Below, piece after piece: positions 48,462 to 59,730 of a stretch of DNA of 64,000 nt; position 1 is the stretch's first letter, and each line of letters opens with the position of its first letter. The position numbers and the translations under genes were made by a program. Source of the stretch: Mobula hypostoma (taxonomy: Eukaryota). The notes beneath the pieces were generated by a model. It saw only the letters and a program-made list of their open reading frames with translations. It was not told where the DNA came from and ran no database searches. The stretch is from positions 198,712,001 through 198,776,000 of the forward strand of contig NC_086100.1 of the NCBI RefSeq assembly GCF_963921235.1, read 5' to 3'.

Positions 48462-48682
48462 CAAACAACAGGAATTCTGCAGATGCTGGAAATTCAAGCA
48501 ACACACATAAAAGTTGCTGGTGAACGCAGCAGGCCAGGCAGCATCTCTAGGAAGAGGTGCAGTCGACGTTTCAGGCCGAGACCCTTCGTCAGGACTAACG
48601 AAGGGTCTTGGCCTGAAATGTCGACTGTACCTCTTCCTAGAGATGCTGCCTGGCCTGCTGCGTTCACCAGCAACTTTTATGT
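48462..48682. mobile_element. Young fold-back Penelope-type insertion (85-bp inverted arms) with a 15-bp TSD
   Basis: Arms 48505-48589 and 48598-48682 are near-perfect inverses. gtaagattatgagag is repeated at 48447-48461 and 48681-48695. Confidence 0.85.
48561..48596 (-). ncRNA. Minimal type I hammerhead ribozyme motif, apparently intact
   Basis: Reverse complement AGUC-CUGACGA-AGGGUCUCGGCCU-GAAA-CGUC/GACU: perfect 4-bp stem I (AGUC/GACU), both core boxes and the GUC triplet. Confidence 0.8.
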
Positions 48683-48695
48683 AAGATTATGAGAG

Positions 48696-49160
48696 GCATA
48701 GACAGGGTAAATGGGTTTTTATTCCCAGGGTTGAAATGTTTAATACCAGAGGGCATGCATTTAAGGTGAGAGGGGGTAATTTCAAAGGAGGTGTGAGGGG
48801 CAAGTTTTTTACGCAGAGAGTGGCGGGAGCCTGGAATGCTGGTAGAGGCAGATCGCACGCCAACGTTTAAAAGTCTGTTGGACAGATGCAGGGAACTGAG
48901 GGATATGTAAAATGTACAGGCCGATATCAGAATCAAAATCAAGTTTAATATCACCGGCATCTGTGGTGAAATTTGTTGTTTTGCTGCAGCAGTACAATGC
49001 AATACATAACAAAAACTATAAATAAGAAATATATATATAATTAAATTAAGTAAATAGTGCAAATAAAGCAGAAAAGAATGAAAATAGTGAAGTAGTTCTT
49101 TGGACATTGTCTGTTGAAGAAATGTGATGGTGCTGGGGGAAAAGCTGTTCCTCGGTTGAA
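48696..49160. mobile_element. CR1 3' fragment (+, to ~48920) and Rex1-type tail (-, ~48928-49160)
   Basis: accagagggcat.catttaaggtgagaggg...cagagagtgg, then tcagaatc...tttaatatcaccggcat (inverse Rex1 tail). Confidence 0.65.
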
Positions 49161-49519
49161 AGTAGTATTGTGATCACTGAGGGCCTGTTCCTGTGCTGTA
49201 CTGTTGGACTTCTCAATCCACAGAGATTCTCCAGCGTCCCTGTGTGGAGTTTGCACGCTCACCCCATGACCGGGGGGTGCTTCTCAGTGTGGTCCGGTTT
49301 CCTCTCACATTCCAACCTCGGCCACTGTAAATTATCCCTAGTGTGTAGGAGCGGGATAGGATGTGAGACTGGTGGATGGGAACAGGGTATAGGATTGCTC
49401 CGAGACTAGATGGACTGAATGGCCATCTGTGAGCTTGAGGTGGAAGCTGTCCTGGTATTCGTCACACATTCAGAAAATGAACAGGCAGCAATGGCAATGT
49501 TCTGGCCTAATTCAATGTG

Positions 49520-50040
49520 TCTCCTCGCTCACCCTCTCTCCCTCCTATCCTCCCACTTCCTCCTCACTCCCCTCATGAAAACCTTCCTTCTCCTTCCTAC
49601 CTCCTTCTCACTCCCCTACGTTCCGCTTCTCTTTCCCTCCCTCCACCATCTCCCCCTCTCCCCATCACCCCTCGTCACTGCCTGTCCCTCCTCCCTTCCT
49701 ACCCTCTCTCTCTCCTTCCCACTTCTGATCACCCATCTCATGGCTCACCTTTCCCTCTTCCCACTCTTCTCTTCCTCCATCCACCTGTATCTCCCCCTCC
49801 CCTCCAACTGTCTGTCTCGTCATGCATCTCTCCCTCCCCTCCATTCTCCTTCCCCCTCCCTCCTCCACTCCTACTGCCCTCACTCTACCTCCTCTCACCC
49901 CCGCCCACCTCCCTTTTCCCCTTTAACCCTCTCCCCTCTCCCCCCTACCCTTACCCTCTCCCCTCTAACTCTCTCCCTCTGCACACTGCCCCTCCTTGTC
50001 CACCCTCCCCCTCCCTCCTGTCCTCTCCCTCCCCACCCCA
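49520..50040. repeat. CT-rich low-complexity tract upstream of an exon
   Basis: About 500 bp of almost pure pyrimidine on the + strand. Confidence 0.85.
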
Positions 50041-50058
50041 TCAACCACCTGGTTACAG

Positions 50059-50218
50059 GCCGACCTCACATCCCCCGAGCACCCAGAGCGGCTGCTGCTG
50101 GTGTTGGAGCCCGAGGCCGCCTCCATCTACTGCCGGAGACTGCGGCCCAACCAGCTGACAAACCTGAGTGCCAGCCCACGGACGCCAGAGCCCAGCCTCA
50201 ACTCCAGCTTCAGGCAAG
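50059..50218 (+). CDS. HSPA12B: HSPA12B-like coding exon 7: ADLTSPEHPERLLLVLEPEAASIYCRRLRPNQLTNLSASPRTPEPSLNSSFRQ + 1 nt
   Basis: ggttacag|GCC...CAAG|gtctgt, 160 nt. LEPEAASIYCR motif and B-type SSFRQ ending. Confidence 0.95.
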
Positions 50219-50239
50219 GTCTGTTCCCCAAGCTGCACA

Positions 50240-52280
50240 CAGTCCATCCCTGTGCAGGGACGGTGTGGGGGGATTTCTGACCCATCCCTGTGCAGGGACA
50301 GTGTGGGGGGATCCTCTCCCATCCCAGTGCAGGGACAGTGTGGGGGGGAGCCCTGTCCCATCCCTGTGAAGGGACAGTGTGGGGGGATTTCTGACCCATC
50401 CCAGTGTACAGACAGTGTGGGGGGAGGAGTCCTGTCCCATCCCAGTGCAGGGACAGTGTGTGTGTGGGGGGGAGTCCTGTCCTATCCCAGTGCAGGGACA
50501 GTGTGGGGGGGGGGGGGTCCTGTCCCATCCCAGTGCCAGGACAGTGTGTGTGGGGGGGATCCTCTCCCATCCCAGTGCAGGGACAGTGTGTGTGGGGGGG
50601 TGGGGGAGTCCTGTCCCATCCCAGTGCAGGGACAGTGTGGAGGGATCCTGCCCCATCCCAGTGTAGAGACACTGTGGGGGGGAGTCCTGTCCCATCCCAG
50701 TGTAGGGGCAGTGTGGAGGGATCCTGTCCCATCCCAGTGTAGGGACAGTGTGGAGGGATCCTGCCCCATCCCAGTGTAGCGACAGTGTGTGTGTGTGGGG
50801 GGAGTGCTGTCCCATCCCAGTGTAGAGACAGTGTGGAGGGATCCTGACCTATCCCAGTGCAGGGACAGTGTGGGGGGGGGGCAGAGTCCTGTCCCATCCC
50901 AGTGCAGGGACAGCGTGGAGGGATCCTGTCCCATCCCAGTGTAGAGACAGTGTGGAGGGATCCTGTCCCGTCCCCAGTGTAGAGACTGTGTGGTGGGGGA
51001 GTCCTGTCCCATCCCAGTGTAGAGACAGTGTGGAGGGATCCTGTCCCATCCCAGTGCAGGGACAGTGTGGAGGGATCCTGTCCCATCCCAGTGTAGGGAC
51101 AGTGTGGAGGGATCCTGCCCCATCCCAGTGTAGCGACAGTGTGTGTGGGGGGGGGGAGTGCTGTCCCATCCCAGTGTAGAGACAGTGTGGAGGGATCCTG
51201 TCCCATCCCAGTGCAGGGACAGTGTGGGGGGGCAGAGTCCTGTCCCATCCCAGTGCAGGGACAGCGTGGAGGGATCCTGTCCCATCCCAGTGTAGAGACA
51301 GTGTGGAGGGATCCTGTCCCGTCCCCAGTGTAGAGACTGTGTGGTGGGGGGAGTCCTGTCCCATCCCAGTGTAGAGACAGTGTGGAGGGATCCTGTCCCA
51401 TCCCAGTGCAGGGACAGTGTGGAGGGATCCTGTCCCATCCCAGTGTAGAGACAGTGTGGAGGGATCCTGCCCCATCCCAGTGTAGAGACAGTGTGGAGGG
51501 ATCCTGTCCCATCCCAGTGTAGAGACAGCGTGGAGGGATCCTGCCCTGTCCCAGTGTGGGGACAGTGTGGGGGAATCCTGTCCTATCCCAGTGTAGGGAC
51601 AGTGTGGAGGGATCCTGCCCCATCCCAGTGTAGGGACAGTGTGGGGAAATCCTGTCCTATCCCAGTGCAGGGACAGTGTGGGGGGGGGGAGTCCTGTCCC
51701 ATCCCAGTGTAGGGACAGTGTGGGGGCGGGGGGGGGGAAGAATCCTGTCCCATCCCAGTGCAGGGACAGTGTGGAGGGATCCTGTCCCATCCCAGTGCAG
51801 GGACAGTGTGGGGGGGGGGGAGTCCTGTCCCATCCCAGTGCAGGGACAGTGTGGAGGGATCCTGTCCCATCCCAGTGTAGAGACAGTGTGGAGGGATCCT
51901 GTCCCATCCCAGTGTAGAGACAGCGTGGAGGGATCCTGCCCCATCCCAGTGTCGAGACAGTGTGGAGGGATCCTGTCCCATCCCAGTGTAGAGACAGCGT
52001 GGAGGGATCCTGCCCCGTCCCAGTGTGGGGACAGTGTGGGGGAATCCTGTCCTATCCCAGTGTAGGGACAGTGTGGAGGGATCCTGCCCCATCGCAGTGT
52101 AGGGACAGTGTGGGGAAATCCTGTCCTATCCCAGTGCAGGGACAGTGTGTGTGGGGGGGGGAGTCCTGTCCCATCCCAGTGTAGGGACAGCGTGGGGGCG
52201 GGGGGGGAAGAATCCTGTCCCATCCCAGTGCAGGGACAGTGTGGAGGGATCCTGTCCCATCCCAGTGTAGAGACAGTGTG
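50240..52280. repeat. ~37-bp minisatellite, over 50 units (cccatcccagtgtagggacagtgtggagggatcctgt), filling an HSPA12B intron
   Basis: Highly homogeneous tandem units with variable G-run inserts, spanning almost the whole intron 50219-52349. Confidence 0.97.
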
Positions 52281-52349
52281 GAGTAGTTTATTTATCTCTC
52301 TGTTGGACCCAGTTCCTGGTACTTTGTGATCCGAGATTTATTTTTCCAG

Positions 52350-52436
52350 CTCGGGAGCAGCTGCGACGATTCCGGAACAGTCGGATCTTCCTGTTAGAGA
52401 GCGGCATGGGAGAACTGTGGGCAGGAATGGAGTCAG
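52350..52436 (+). CDS. HSPA12B: HSPA12B-like coding exon 8: (A)[28 protein letters not shown] + 1 nt
   Basis: atttttccag|CT...TCAG|gtatgc, 87 nt, phase 1/1. Matches HSPA12B AREQLRRSRHSRTFLVESGVGELWAEM. Missed by the ORF track. Confidence 0.95.
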
Positions 52437-52569
52437 GTATGCTGAGTGGCCCCTCTCATTCGGTGGAGACCCTGTTTCCCCTTGCCGATTGGTACCAACA
52501 ACCGGGGACGACTCCTTGTTAGGTCCTGGGCCCCCGCTCCTGGGGTGATCGTTCTTATTCTTTTTACGA

Positions 52570-52780
52570 AGAGGTACAACACGGTAACAGGCCCTTCTGG
52601 CCCAACAAGCCTGCACCTCCCAATTACACCCACGTGACCAATTAACCCGTACACCTTTGGACTGCAGGAGGAAACCCACGCAGTGGTGGGGAGAGCGTAC
52701 ACACAGCGACAGGAGTTGAACCCGGGCTGCTGGCGCTCCAGAGCACAATGCTAACCCATACGTTACCCTACGCTGTCGGC
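52570..52780 (-). mobile_element. V-SINE copy
   Basis: Inverse of gcgtgggtttcctcc core and gggttcaactcc B box, with a CR1-like gggccagaagggcctgt 3' end. Confidence 0.7.
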
Positions 52781-53744
52781 CGTGAAAGGGAGGGAGGCTG
52801 GGCTAACACAGGTTCCAAACTCTCAGGGACGCTGGGAGAGTGAGAGCAGCAGGTCCTGTAGTTCCCCTCCTCCTGTGCTCTGTCCTGCTTCCCTTGTTTC
52901 TCTCCTTCTTTATTTCTGGGATGTTTGCATCGCTGACAGGGACAGCATTTATCGCACATCCCTAACTGCCCCTCAGGAAACCCTCAAACTGATAGGGTGC
53001 TGTTGGGGATGGAATCTCACTGATGCCGAAGGGACAGAGATATATTCCCCAAGTGTGGAAGAACAAGATATATATTCCCCAAGTGTGGAAGTTAACGGTG
53101 TGGAAGAACAAAGAGCCTTTGGGGTCCACATCCATAGGTCCCTCAAACTTACCACACAAGTTAGTCGGATGGTTAAGAAGGCGTTTGGTGTATTGGCTTC
53201 ATTGGTCATAGATTCGATGGGCTGAATGGTCTAATTCTGCTCCTATGTCTTATGGTCTTATGGGAAGGGTTAGATTGATCCTGGAGTAGGTTAAAGGGCT
53301 GGCACAATATTGTGGGCTGAGAGTCCTGTACTGTTCTATGTTCTATCCCAACGATATAAGTTAATTAGATGCTATAAATCAACCACAACAGGGTGGGACA
53401 GCCGAAGGGCGAATTGGTCCTGGGTTTCCTTCTGAGATATTGACATGGAAGTGGGTTAAAGGGCCAGCACAGTATCGTGGGCTGAAGGGCCTCTACTGTT
53501 CTGTGCATTAGGAGGGTAGGGTTGGTCCATCTTCCTGAGCTGCTGAGATTGCTCCCATGGTGGTGTTGGACAGTGGGCTCCAGGGTTTGGACCCAGTGAT
53601 GGTGACGGGACAGAGATGTGGCTCCAAGGCTGGGTGGTGAGTGAGTGGAAGGGGAACCTGCAGGCGGTGGTGTTGCCCTGCACTTGTTGCCTTCGGTAGG
53701 AGAGGTCGTGGGTTTGGGTCCGGTCCTGGTGAAACGAGTGTGGA

Positions 53745-54290
53745 AATGCAGATCAGTACAGCCCTTTGGCCCATCTCGCCCGTCCTGACTGAGATACCAA
53801 TCTAAACTAATCCCATCTGCCTGTACATGGTCGATATTTCTCCATTCCCTGCCTGTTCACGTGCCTAAGATCTAAATACCACTTCATCTTGTTCTATCCG
53901 CCTCCACCACCACCCCGGGCACCCACAACTGTGTGTAAAGAAAAACTTGCCCCACACATCCCATTTCAACTTTCCCCTATCTTTGCACAGCTGTGTTAGT
54001 ATCTGACATTTCCACCTGAGAAACAGACTCTTGTCTCTGCCTCTCATAATCTTATAAACCTCTATCAGATCTCCTCTCAGCCTCTGTCACTCCAGAGAAA
54101 ACAACCCAAGTTTATCCAGCCTTTCGTGACAACACCTGCCCTCTAACCCAGGCAGCATCCTGGTCAACCCCTTCTGCAGCCTCTCCAAAGCCTCGACACC
54201 CTTCCTGCAATGGGGCGACCAGAACTGCTCAGACTCCAAACGCGTCCTGACCTAAGTTTTATACAGCTGCAACAAGACTTCCAGCTTTTG
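53745..54290 (-). mobile_element. CR1 3' fragment (degenerate)
   Basis: Inverse CR1 C-terminal region (ccagagaaaacaacccaag, aggcagcatcctggt). Confidence 0.7.
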
Positions 54291-54424
54291 TATGCGCTGC
54301 CCGGACAGACAAAGGCAGATGAGGACTCGGAACTCAAGGATCTCTCTGTACACCCGTGTTCCTCAGGGCCCTGCCATAAACACATACTTTCCTGTCCCAG
54401 GACGCAACTTCTCACTCAAATTAA

Positions 54425-54915
54425 TAGTCTGCAAACGCTGGGGTCACAGTTTCCCCACACAAAATACTCTGCAGACGCTGAGGTCACACCTTCCATAAGA
54501 CCATAAGACAAAGGAGCAGAAGTAGGCCATTCAGCCCATCGAGTCTGCTCCACCATTTTATCATGAGCTGATCCATTCTCCTATTTAGTCCCACTCCCCC
54601 ACCTTCTCACCATAACCTTTGATGCCCTGGCTACTCAGATACCTATCAATCTCTGCCTTAAATACACCCAATGACTTGGCCTCCACTGCTGCCCGTGGCA
54701 ACAAATTCCATAGATTCACCACCCTCCTCGCATTTCTGTTCTGAATTTCCCACACAAGATACTCTGCAAATGGTGGGGTCACAGTTTCTCTACACAAAAT
54801 ACTCTGCAGACGCTGGAGTCACACGTTCCCCACACAAAATACTCTGCAGACACTGGGGTCACAGTTTCTCCACACAAAATACTCTGCAGACACTGGGGTC
54901 ACAGTTTCGCCACAC
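54425..54915. repeat. ~38-bp tandem repeat (cacaaaatactctgcagacgctggggtcacagtttc) interrupted by an antisense CR1 tail (~54495-54728)
   Basis: Units on both sides of a ccataagaccataagac...attccatagattcaccac insert. Confidence 0.8.
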
Positions 54916-55857
54916 AAGCCCATGCTGACCCCGAGTCCACACTTTCCCAAATGCAGGTAAGTCACATCCCTGAGAATTTTCTCCGGCAATTTCCCTACTC
55001 ATGGTGAAAGACCAACTTCCTGCCTTGTCCCTGCTAAACAAAGGAACAATGCTGGCTTCTCTCCAGTGCTCCAGGACCTCGCCTGTGGCTAGAGCAGACA
55101 CAGTCAAGGCCATTGCAATCTCCTCCCTCGCCCCCTCAGCATCCTAGGATAGATCCAATCAGTAGCCCTCAGAGGCCTTCCGTTGGTCAGGGTCGACCAT
55201 AGATGCTGTGACCTAGCTGTCCAAGCCAGGACGGTATGATATGGAGATCAAGCTGGCTTCCCCTCTCCGCGCAGCTGATGAATCCAAAGGAACGGCAGAG
55301 ACCGACACAGTTTGGCACCAGTGGCATCACAGGGGTTGCCAGTTAGTACTGAATGCAACATAGGACTCCAGCTCCGGATTTTTCCCTGGGGTTTTACTCT
55401 CGAAGCCTTCCCCATGAGTGGGTGTAGCTGCAAGGCAGCGAAGGTTTGAGATCAGAGTTTTCTTTCTCCTAGATGAGGTGCCAACCACGGCTGACAAGCC
55501 CCATCTGCCCAAACTGACCAGTCACCCACCTTTGCCCCTTCTCCTGTCAGTAGAAATGGGTCCACTGGGCTTAGTAGCTAAGCCACACGTGAAGGCCAGA
55601 AGTTGGACAGTTGTCAGAGGCTATTTGAGACGTACACCATTGGGAGCATTTAATAGGTAGTGGGAGCTTATCACCACTAACTCTCCCCCCGCCTTGGCAA
55701 TGACAACCGTAAGGAACTTTCAGTCCCCAAAGGCTTAAAGAATATAGAACTCTACACCACAGTACAGGCCCTTCAGCCCACGATGTTTAACCTATTCTGA
55801 GATCAATCTGACCCTTCTCTCCCACTTAGCCCTCCATTTTTCTATCACCCACTGTTC

Positions 55858-56362
55858 TACCACAACAGTCTCTTTGTCTCCCTTCGCCCACACCTCGGCG
55901 AGTTCCGCGTTCGCCATGATGCGGAACTCTTCTTCCACCATCTCCGTCTCCAAGCCTACTTCTTCAGCAAGGACTCTTCCACCCCCACCGATGACCCCTT
56001 CTCCTGTCTTCAACCCTCCTCTTCTTCATGGACACCCCGCTCTGGTCTTCTGCCTGCTCTGGATCTCATTATTGCTAACTGCCGACGGGACATCAACCGT
56101 CTCGACTTCACCATACCTTGTTCCCATTCCAACCTCACTCCTTCGGAACGCTCTGCTCTCCACTCCCTCCGCACTAATCCTAACCTTACTATTAAACCTG
56201 CCGATAAGGGGGGTGCTGTTGTAGTCTGGCATATGACGAAGGGTCTCGGCCCGAAACGTCGACTGTACCTCTTTCTAGAGATGCTGCCTGGCCTGCTGCG
56301 TTCACCAGCAACTTTGATGTGTGTTACTTGAATTTCCAGCATGTGCAGAATTCCTCGTGTTT
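55858..56362 (+). mobile_element. Penelope-like element fragment: RT N-terminal DKG region joined to the hammerhead terminus
   Basis: Open frame ...NLTPSERSALHSLRTNPNLTIKPADKGGAVVVW (PLE DKG motif), then TGACGA-AGGGTCTCGGCCC-GAAACGTC-GACTG and the shared terminal segment. Confidence 0.88.
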
Positions 56363-57572
56363 AAGTCTCTTAAATATCCTTAAAGTGTCTGCCTCTATCA
56401 CCACCCCTGGTAGTGTGTTCCAGGCACCCATCACTCGCTGTGTAAAAAAAACCCTCCCTCTGACATCCCCCTACTCTTTCAAGGTCCAGTTTATTGTCAT
56501 CTGACTGTACAAATATAAAACCAAATGAAAGTACGTTACTCTGGACCACGGTGCTCCCACAAACCATATATCGCACACAGCACGTAAAACAAGACATTAC
56601 CAAAACTGCTAATAAAATATCGTTTGAAATGTGGTAGAGGCAAACAGTTTTCAGTATACAGCTTGTTCTCCTAGCAACGAGACCTTGGCCGTGGCAGGTA
56701 TTCATTAGTCTCACAGCCTGACAAAGGAACCCAGTACCCAGTCCGGCAGTCCTAGTCCTAATGCTCCTGTACCTCCTTCCTGATGGTGGTGGGTCAAAGA
56801 GATTGTGGGATGGGTGGTAGGGATCCTCAACAATGCTTCAGGCCTTTTGTATACAACGTTCTCTGTTATCGACACAAATGGGGGAGTTGGGGGCGGGAAG
56901 ACCCCAGTGATCTGTCAGTGGTTTTTACTGTCCTCTGTATTGTCTTGTGGTCCAATGCCTTGTGACTCCTGTATCACACAATGATGCAGCCAAACGGGAC
57001 GTTCAAATCACCTCCTGGAAATAGATCTTCCAATCACCTTAAAATTATGCCCTTTCTTCATGTTTTCATGACACACACACATCTCCTCCTCCCTAATACC
57101 GACCTGCCGTGGAATATGAAAGCATTCTGTCTGATCTCCCCAACATCCACTTTCTTGGTGACGTACTCAATCAGGACCTCTCTGGAGTTGCCTCCTTTGT
57201 GCTCAAGTGCGGCTACCCCCTTCCCCTTCTCTCCTCTTGCTCCAAACGTCTGTGAAATATTCTCTGAAATTTTATTCATTGATGGTGACAACAGGATCCA
57301 TTTCCAGCACCTGTTGTCTGAGGGTCCTACTGACTGGGCACGGTTTGTGAACAAGGCAGTGTCCCATGCCTGTGTGGTGATGGACTGGAATCGCTGACTT
57401 TAGAGGCACAGCCTAGTTTGGTTCTCGGTTTCACAGCTGTGGTGTTCCGCACAAATTTCTTCCTGTTCCTCTCTCCCTCTCTATTCCCCTCTCTCCATCT
57501 CTCCTGCCTCCTCTCCTTCTCTCCCCTGCCCCCTCTCTCTCCCTCCTCACGGAATCCTGTTTCTGTCTCCAG

Positions 57573-57677
57573 GAGACCGTTACATGGTGGCAGATTGTGG
57601 TGGCGGGACCGTTGACCTCACGGTCCATGAGATCGAGCAGCCGGCAGGGACGCTGAAGGAGCTCTACAAAGCCTCAG
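57573..57677 (+). CDS. HSPA12B: HSPA12B-like coding exon 9: (G)[34 protein letters not shown] + 1 nt
   Basis: ttctgtctccag|GA...TCAG|gtgagg, 105 nt. Hsp70 phosphate-2 motif [12 protein letters not shown]. Confidence 0.97.
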
Positions 57678-57954
57678 GTGAGGACGGAGGCCGTTCCCGT
57701 GTGCAATTTGAGTCCCAGGGTGAGTGGACAAATGGAAAAGGAGCCCGGTGCCAGGAGCCTGGCACTTGGTGTCCACACGGTGATGGGTGGCAGGAGCCTT
57801 GGCTTTGGGTTGGTGTGGAGTGGGAGGCCGGTGCTAGCCATTTATTGGTAGGTGTTACTGCTACTTTCTCACTGATCTTCCCACCCGCTGTTCGGGCGAG
57901 CTGGATCCACAATCTCAGGTGTAATGGAGGGATTGCATCCAAGCCTTCCATTGG

Positions 57955-58272
57955 ATAGAGTGGATGCTTCTGTAGTGGAAGAATCTGGGACCAGAAGACA
58001 CAGCCACAGAATAAAGAAATGTCCACTTAGAACAGAGATGAGGAGGAATTTCTTTAGGCCGAGGGTGGTGAATCTGTGGTATTCATTGCCACAGACAGCT
58101 GTGGAGGTCAAGTCTTTGGGTATATTTGAAGTGGAGATTGATAGGTTCTTGATTAGTAAGGGTGTTACAGGTGACGGGGAGAAGACAGGAGAATGGGGTT
58201 GAGAGGGATAAAAAAAAATCAGTCACAGTGGAATGGCGGAGAAGGGACCAATGGCCTAATTATGGTCTTATG
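57955..58272 (+). mobile_element. CR1 3' fragment
   Basis: DRVD...TR.HS.RIK..P.RTEMRRNFF.PRVVNLW.SLP. Confidence 0.8.
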
Positions 58273-58907
58273 GAAGGTGGATCCATGTAAGATACCCAGA
58301 GTAGTAGTACCAGAGGCTTCCAAAGTTCTGGCTGGAGGTACTTACACGGAGCGACCCCTCCCCCTTCAGCAGCCTGCGAGCATTCATGTCACTCAAAAAG
58401 ACGTCAGGGTTAGGGGGAGACGATGGCGCAGCGGGAGGTACTGCTGTTCGTCGACTCCAGAGATCCAGGTTCAATCCCGACCCACCGTGTTGATTGTGTG
58501 GAGTTTGCACATTCTCCCAGTGACCATTTTATTTATTTATTATTGAGATACTGAGCAAAGGCGGTTTTTTACACACAGGGAGGTGGGTGGGTGGAACATG
58601 AGTGGTGGTGGAAGTAGATACATTAGGGACATTTAAGAGACTCTCGGTTAGGCAGGTGGATGATAGGAAAATGGAGGGCCACGTGGGAGGGAAGGGCTAG
58701 ATTGATCCTGGAGTAGGTTAAAGGGTCAGCACAACATTGTGGGCTGAAGGGCTGTACTGTTCTATGTTCTATCCCAACAATATAAATCAACCACTACAGT
58801 GCAGGAGAGCCGAAGGGTGAATCGTTCCTAGGTTTCCTTCCGAGATATTGGCAATTCCCACACACACTCACTCTACCGGCTCCACTGTACTCCTCCAGCT
58901 GATCGTT

Positions 58908-58922
58908 TGTGTGCGCGCGCGC

Positions 58923-58953
<31 letters not shown>

Positions 58954-58980
58954 TGTGTGTGTCCGTGTGTCTGTGTGTGT
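58908..58980. repeat. (CG)n(TG)n microsatellite
   Basis: gtgcgcgcgcgcgtgtgtgt..., alternating purine-pyrimidine. Confidence 0.9.
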
Positions 58981-59526
58981 AAAACACTCATGTAGACAAC
59001 CCTGGTTGCCCATTGTCTCAGACTGACACCTTGCTCTGCCCAGTTCCTCTGTTGCCTCTGCATGGGCCAGAGTGGAGGCACAATGCCCTCAGCCCTGAGG
59101 GTTTCCACCCCCACCGTCAGGACCATTCCTCTGGTCACTCTCACATGGCCCAGAGTGGCCAGTGGTCACCACCCCCACCATCGGGACCGTCCCTCTGGTC
59201 ACTGTCACATGGCCCTGAGTGGGATCGCATTGTCAACCTACTCTTGTTTCAAGATGAGCAAGCATTTTTGGTGAGGTGGACGAGGGTTAAGTTTAAATAG
59301 GATGTGCGGATCAGATTCTTTCATACAGAGAGTGGTGGTTGCCTGGAATGTGCTGCTGGGGAGAGGTGGAGGAGGCTGTTAGATAGGTACATGATTATGC
59401 AGAGAGTGGAGGGACATGGACCACGTGCGGGCAGAGGTTATTAGGAGTCATTCGCATAGTTCGGTGCATCCAGGGCCAAAGGTCCTGTTCCCCTGCTGTA
59501 CTGGTTTACGTTCTATGGTCTACACA

Positions 59527-59730
59527 GTGGCATGGTAGCATAGTGTTAGCACAATGCTTTACAGCACAGGCGACCTGGGTTCAAATCCCACCAATGCCCG
59601 TAAGGAGTTTGTTCGTTCTCTCTGTGACCGCGTGGGTTTCCTCCGGGTGCTCTGGTTTCCTCCCACAGTCCAAAGACCTACCGGTTGGCAGGTTAATGAG
59701 TCATTGTAAACTGGCCTGTGATTCGGCTCA
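59527..59730 (+). mobile_element. V-SINE copy
   Basis: tagcatagtg A-box-like, gggttcaaatcc B box, V core cgcgtgggtttcctccgggtgctctggtttcctcccacagtcc. Confidence 0.8.

Noticed and set aside
49419..50369. 316-aa P/S/L-rich ORF
   Set aside because: Produced by a stop-poor CT tract. The real exon (50059-50218) is in another frame.
50127..52223. Long ORFs (up to 498 aa) in several frames
   Set aside because: They are translations of the 37-bp tandem repeat inside an intron; the peptides are periodic and open on both strands.
55275..55310. Another hammerhead candidate (CTGATGA-ATCCAAAGGAA)
   Set aside because: No GAAA box after the short stem and no stem I or NUH triplet. The CTGATGA at ~60951 fails in the same way.
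56981..57397. Overlapping 138-aa (+) and 98-aa (-) intronic ORFs as a nested or viral gene
   Set aside because: No motif I can recognise, the left end overlaps repeat remnants, and the lengths are within chance expectation.
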